From Thraustochytrium aureum (lineage: Eukaryota): a stretch of 62,301 bases of DNA. Position 1 is the stretch's first letter, and each line of letters begins with the position of its first letter. The notes beneath the pieces are model-generated. The model saw nothing but the letters and a program-made list of their open reading frames with translations, ran no database searches and was not told the DNA's origin. Below, piece by piece: positions 57,955 through 62,301 of this stretch. The DNA lies in assembly GCA_012862495.1 (NCBI GenBank), contig BLSG01000377.1, positions 278,729-341,029 of the forward strand, given 5' to 3'. The translations under genes and the position numbers were made by a program.

Positions 57955-58115
57955 TCGGCGTTCCCGCGCCGCCCTCGAGTCACCCTCGGCCGTTCCCGCG
58001 CTGCCCTCGAGCCCCCCTCGGCGTTCCCGCGCCGCCCTCGAGCCACCCTCGGCGTTCCCGCGCCGCCCTCGAGCGACCCTCGGCGTTCCCCTCCACGCAA
58101 CCCTCGGCGTTCCCG
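57955..58115. repeat. 31-nt minisatellite (TCGGCGTTCCCGCGCCGCCCTCGAGNNACCC), 4 full and 2 partial copies
   Basis: Directly visible; lies between the divergent TIM44 and DBP3 starts. Confidence 0.9.
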
Positions 58116-58455
58116 CTCCGAGACGCCTGGCGCTCGAAAGGCGCTCTTGTGCGGGACTGGCGTGGTTGTGCGCAAATGGGTGGCTCTCCTTCGCGCCTCG
58201 AAGCGTCCTCTATTGTGGCCCGCGGCGGAGTCCAACTGGTTCCACGCCCTGGAACGCCTGAGGCTGCTGCGCGCTGGCGCGAGTTCCCCGGTCGGGAACC
58301 TCGAGAGACGCCTGGGAAAGGCCCCAGGACCAGCCAGCCGCAGCAGAACGAGCTCGAACGGAAGGCGTCCGAAGCAGCAGCAGACTCGGAAGCGCGGCAG
58401 ACGGTCACCATCGACAGGACCGGGACGCGCGGCTCGCAGAGGCGGCTCGCAGCGC

Positions 58456-58535
58456 GTTGCTGTTGCGGAGGGCGGGCGTTGTTTGGCGTTGCGGAGGCGG
58501 GCGTTGTTTGGCGTTGCGGAGGGCGTGCGTTGGTT
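58456..58535. repeat. About 25-nt imperfect tandem repeat (GCGTTGTTTGGCGTTGCGGAGG(G)CGG) x3 just upstream of the DBP3 ATG
   Basis: Directly visible. Confidence 0.8.
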
Positions 58536-58571
58536 GGGCGAGTTTTGCGCCTGGGGCTGGTCGCGTGCACG

Positions 58572-60198
58572 ATGGGCGAGACGGACGAGGCCGCCAAGGC
58601 TGCGCGCAAGGCGGCCAAAAAAACTGCGGAAGGAGAAGAAGAGGCTGGCGCGGGAGGCCGATGCGAAGGCCGCCGATGCGGGCGAGGGGGCAGTGGTGAC
58701 GGGCGAAGCAGAGCCTGCGGAAGGGAAAAAGAAAAAGGCGAAAAAGGAGAAGAAGCGCAAGGAGAGGGAAGAGGCGGGCAGCGCGGACGAGGCCGCGAGC
58801 AAGAAGCAGAAGGCGTCGGCCCCCGCGGTGCCCGCGCTTTCAGCTAGCAAGGCGGACGAGTTTCGCGAGAAGCACGGGATCACCGTCGAGGGCAACGACG
58901 TGCCCTCGCCGCTGACCACCTTCGAAGCCGCGCGCGCGGCGTTCTCCAAGGACGCGCTCGCCCCGCTAAACCGCGTGTGCAAGGGGTTCGAGCGCCCCTC
59001 GCCGATCCAGGCCCAGGCCTGGTCCATCGTCCTGACCGGGCAGGACATGGTCGGCATCGCCGAGACCGGCAGCGGCAAGACGCTCGCATTCCTTCTCCCA
59101 GGAATCTCGCGCATCCTCGACGGCTCGTGCGGAAAAGGCGGGGCCGCGCGGCCGCGCGCGCTCGTGCTCGCGCCAACGCGCGAGCTGGCCATGCAGAGCG
59201 CCAAGGTGGCCGAGGACGCCTGCACGGCCTGCGACGAGCTGGCCGCAGTGGTGGTGTTTGGCGGCGAGCCCAAGTGGATCCAGCGCAAGAAGATCGAGCA
59301 GACCGCCACCCTCGACATCGTGGTGGCGACGCCTGGCCGCCTTCTGGACTTTGTGCAGGACAACGTGCTCGACTTGAGCAACGTGCACTACCTGGTTCTT
59401 GACGAGGCTGACCGGATGCTGGACATGGGCTTCGAGAAGGACGTCAAGCGCATCATCGAGATGTGTGCGCCCGTTTCTGCGGGGCGCCAGACCCTGATGT
59501 TTTCCGCGACATGGCCCAAGGAGATCCGCGACCTCGCGTCAACCTTTATGCGCAAGCCTATCCGCGTGATCGTCGGGAGCGACAAGCTGTCGGCCTCGCT
59601 CTCGGTCAAGCAGCACGTCGAGGTGATCGACCCGGCCCACAAGGAGCGCCGCCTTCTCGAGCTCTTGAAAAAGCTCCACGACGGGCGCAACCGCATCATC
59701 GTGTTTGCCCTGTACAAGAAGGAGGCCGCGCGCCTCGAGACCACGCTTCAGCGCAACGGGTACAAGGTGATGGGCGTGCACGGCGACAAGGCGCAGAGCG
59801 CCCGCGAGGAGGCGGTCAGCAAGTTTGATTCCGGCGAGGCACCCATCCTTGTCGCAACAGACGTGGCCTCGCGCGGGCTCGACATCAAGGGCGTCGAGTA
59901 CGTGATCAACGTCTCCTTTCCCCTCACGGTTGAAGACTATGTGCACCGCATTGGACGCACGGGCCGCGCAGGCGCCAAGGGCGAGGCGTACACGTTTTTC
60001 ACGACCCTGGACAAGCACCTGTCTGGCGCGCTGCAGAACGTTTTGCGCGAGGCCGGCGAGGAGGTCCCGGCGGACCTGGCGCGCTTCGGCAACACGGTCA
60101 AGAAGAAGGAGCACAAGTTGTACGGGTCGCACTTTAAGGACGACATGCCGGCTAAGGACGCGACTCACGTCACCTTTTCGGACAGCGATGACGAGTGA
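58572..60198 (+). CDS. DBP3: DEAD-box RNA helicase DBP3 (extra A in the A7 run at 58617-58623)
   Basis: Lys-rich N-terminus; Q motif, AETGSGKT, PTRELA, DEAD, SAT, HRIGRTGRAG; DBP3-type tail GNTVKKKEHKLYGSHFKD...THVTFSDSD. Confidence 0.93.
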
Positions 60199-61088
60199 GC
60201 CTTGGCGCGCCCACCAACTGGCAAGCGAACCAGAACCTGCAGAACGGCCCGCCTACCCAGGTTGGGGTGCNNNNNNNNNNNNNNNNNNNNNNNNNNNNNN
60301 NNNNNNNNNNNNNNNNNNNNNNNNNNNNNNNNNNNNNNNNNNNNNNNNNNNNNNNNNNNNNNNNNNNNNNNNNNNNNNNNNNNNNNNNNNNNNNNNNNNN
60401 NNNNNNNNNNNNNNNNNNNNNNNNNNNNNNNNNNNNNNNNNNNNNNNNNNNNNNNNNNNNNNNNNNNNNNNNNNNNNNNNNNNNNNNNNNNNNNNNNNNN
60501 NNNNNNNNNNNNNNNNNNNNNNNNNNNNNNNNNNNNNNNNNNNNNNNNNNNNNNNNNNNNNNNNNNNNNNNNNNNNNNNNNNNNNNNNNNNNNNNNNNNN
60601 NNNNNNNNNNNNNNNNNNNNNNNNNNNNNNNNNNNNNNNNNNNNNNNNNNNNNNNNNNNNNNNNNNNNNNNNNNNNNNNNNNNNNNNNNNNNNNNNNNNN
60701 NNNNNNNNNNNNNNNNNNNNNNNNNNNNNNNNNNNNNNNNNNNNNNNNNNNNNNNNNNNNNNNNNNNNNNNNNNNNNNNNNNNNNNNNNNNNNNNNNNNN
60801 NNNNNNNNNNNNNNNNNNNNNNNNNNNNNNNNNNNNNNNNNNNNNNNNNNNNNNNNNNNNNNNNNNNNNNNNNNNNNNNNNNNNNNNNNNNNNNNNNNNN
60901 NNNNNNNNNNNNNNNNNNNNNNNNNNNNNNNNNNNNNNNNNNNNNNNNNNNNNNNNNNNNNNNNNNNNNNNNNNNNNNNNNNNNNNNNNNNNNNNNNNNN
61001 NNNNNNNNNNNNNNNNNNNNNNNNNNNNNNNNNNNNNNNNNNNNNNNNNNNNNNNNNNNNNNNNNNNNNNNNNNNNNNNNGAGCGAGG

Positions 61089-61194
61089 GCTGCAGGAGCT
61101 GCAGGAGCTGCAGGAACTCGCGCTGCAGGAGCTGCAGGAGCTGCAGGAACTCGCGCTGCAGGAGCTGCAGGAGCTGCAGGAACTCGCGCTGCAG
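61089..61194. repeat. 33-nt higher-order repeat (GCTGCAGGA)3-ACTCGC x3
   Basis: Directly visible at the gap edge. Confidence 0.9.
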
Positions 61195-61737
61195 ACCAGT
61201 TTCGGGCCCGTTGTTCAAAGTCGCGCGTCCAACCGGTTGGCTTGTGCACCGTGACGTGCCTCGAGCTGACGAGGAAGGACGAGGTGGCGGAGGTTGTGGC
61301 GCACTCGGGTGCTCGAGCGGGGCAACTGAACGCGAGGGTCGGTTGGGTAGGGTAGTATTTCGTGCTTGGCGCTTGGCGCGCGTGCTCTACCTGCGGCGCA
61401 ACTCTATCCTTTTCTACTATCGCTCTTCCGCGCACCGCACGGCCTCCGAACGGGTGGGTACTCTACCCGGATGTACCTTTCAGTGGGTAGAGTCGTCCTT
61501 CCGTGGGCAAGAGGTGCCGTGCATGACGGCAGGATTCCACGCGAGCTTTCGCCCGCGCAAGGCCCGACTCGGCGCGGCGAGCGAGCAAGCGGGGCGTTTA
61601 TCACATACTCCGCCCAAGCCTGCAGCAAAGCTCGCGCGACCCGCCGCCCCTGACTGCAACCACGCCCGCGACCCGCCGCGCTTAGAGGGCACCATGGCAC
61701 CGGCCCAGCCTTGCGCGCGCCAGCTGGAAGTCCAGGG

Positions 61738-62301
61738 CTAGGCGGTCGAGATCGAGTTGGAGGCGGCGGCAGGCGCGCCGCCGATCGACGGAGCCTCCGT
61801 GTTGAGGATCTTGAACGAGCTCTCGCGAGACGGGCTAACCCCAGAGCTAGCGAGGGAGACCCAAAACTCCTTGGAAGGCGGCAAGAAGAGCGCCCCCCCG
61901 AGCTCCTCCTCCAAGCGCTCGCCAGCAAGCAGCGGCATCTCGTGTGGCGGCACGACGGGCGCGCCTGGGCGAACGGGCGAAGTCGCCGGCGAGCTCGCTG
62001 CAGACGTCGCCGACCAGTCCGAGCAGGATCCGACCGGCGAGGAGGGAATCGAGGCCAAACAACCTGCTTCGCGCGCCGCCGCAAGCACGTTGACTTGGTG
62101 CTGCGCCCGCATGCTCATGGGGCGCGCTGAAACCGCGCTCTTGCGCGACATTGGCGGATGCGGGAGCAGGCCGCGCCGGCGAGTCGGGATCGGCGTCCCC
62201 GGGTACCCAGGCACACCGAGTGCCTCGCGCTTGATCTGCATGTTGACGCGCTCTTTGTGGTCGGCGATCGTCTGCATCTCCCTCAACAGCAGCTCGGCGA
62301 C
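61738..62301 (-). CDS. 3' end of a hypothetical protein continuing beyond the window
   Basis: Frame is open to the window edge (VAELLLREMQTIADHKERVNMQIKREALGVPG...); no family recognised. Confidence 0.55.
   Translation of the reverse strand, partial: VAELLLREMQTIADHKERVNMQIKREALGVPGYPGTPIPTRRRGLLPHPPMSRKSAVSARPMSMRAQHQVNVLAAAREAGCLASIPSSPVGSCSDWSATSAASSPATSPVRPGAPVVPPHEMPLLAGERLEEELGGALFLPPSKEFWVSLASSGVSPSRESSFKILNTEAPSIGGAPAAASNSISTA

Noticed and set aside
57955..58115. CRISPR-like array
   Set aside because: Units are contiguous with no unique spacers, the context is eukaryotic and there are no cas genes; it is a minisatellite
57952..58571. 200-aa N-terminal extension of DBP3
   Set aside because: It is translated minisatellite and promoter DNA; the natural start MGETDEAAK at 58572 joins the frame if one A is removed
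58617..58623. Programmed ribosomal frameshifting at A7 (and at other shift sites)
   Set aside because: Shifts occur in both directions, in runs of all four bases, with no common motif; sequencing error is simpler
1..60198. Functional gene cluster of mitochondrial and ribosome-biogenesis genes
   Set aside because: These genes are interspersed with unrelated ones on both strands, consistent with an ordinary housekeeping-dense region
61460..61493. 9-bp inverted repeat ACTCTACCC/GGGTAGAGT
   Set aside because: An isolated hairpin with a 16-nt loop and no other support; plausible by chance
1589..61741. Long ORFs in the track that span N gaps, and long antisense ORFs (e.g. 24967-26454, 53316-54884, 55603-56829)
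   Set aside because: Artefacts of N runs lacking stops and of high third-position GC in the real genes on the opposite strand

Overview
This is a gappy draft scaffold from a GC-rich, gene-dense, intron-poor eukaryote. The AP2 transcription factor, SLC34 transporter, flagellar SPAG17 and sparse GT-AG introns suggest a flagellated heterotrophic protist, possibly a labyrinthulomycete/thraustochytrid stramenopile; that assignment is inference only. About 25 protein genes can be supported. They include mitochondrial genes (PDH E1-alpha, MIC60, nuclear ATP1 with presequence and intron, TIM44) and ribosome/transcription genes (NOP56, RPB10, RPS15A, DBP3). Others are FANCL, exportin-7, ARP4, GOS1, SPAG17, an ELMO-domain protein, a START-domain protein, MFS and SLC34 transporters, a GT31 glycosyltransferase, a membrane-anchored bacterial-type GH92 mannosidase and several orphans. 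Many genes are split by single-base indels, mostly in homopolymer runs, which are best explained as sequencing errors. Repairing them reveals the most unusual gene (44337-47585, minus): a ~1080-aa protein with a signal peptide, a fibronectin type II-like domain, a Pro/Thr/Ser stalk, a TM helix and two MARVEL-like 4-TM blocks. Other highlights are a TIM44 with an inserted WW domain, helically phased A-tracts in a long non-coding region, a candidate pseudoknotted RNA and telobox-like promoter motifs. No CRISPR, rRNA, tRNA or recognisable transposon was seen.
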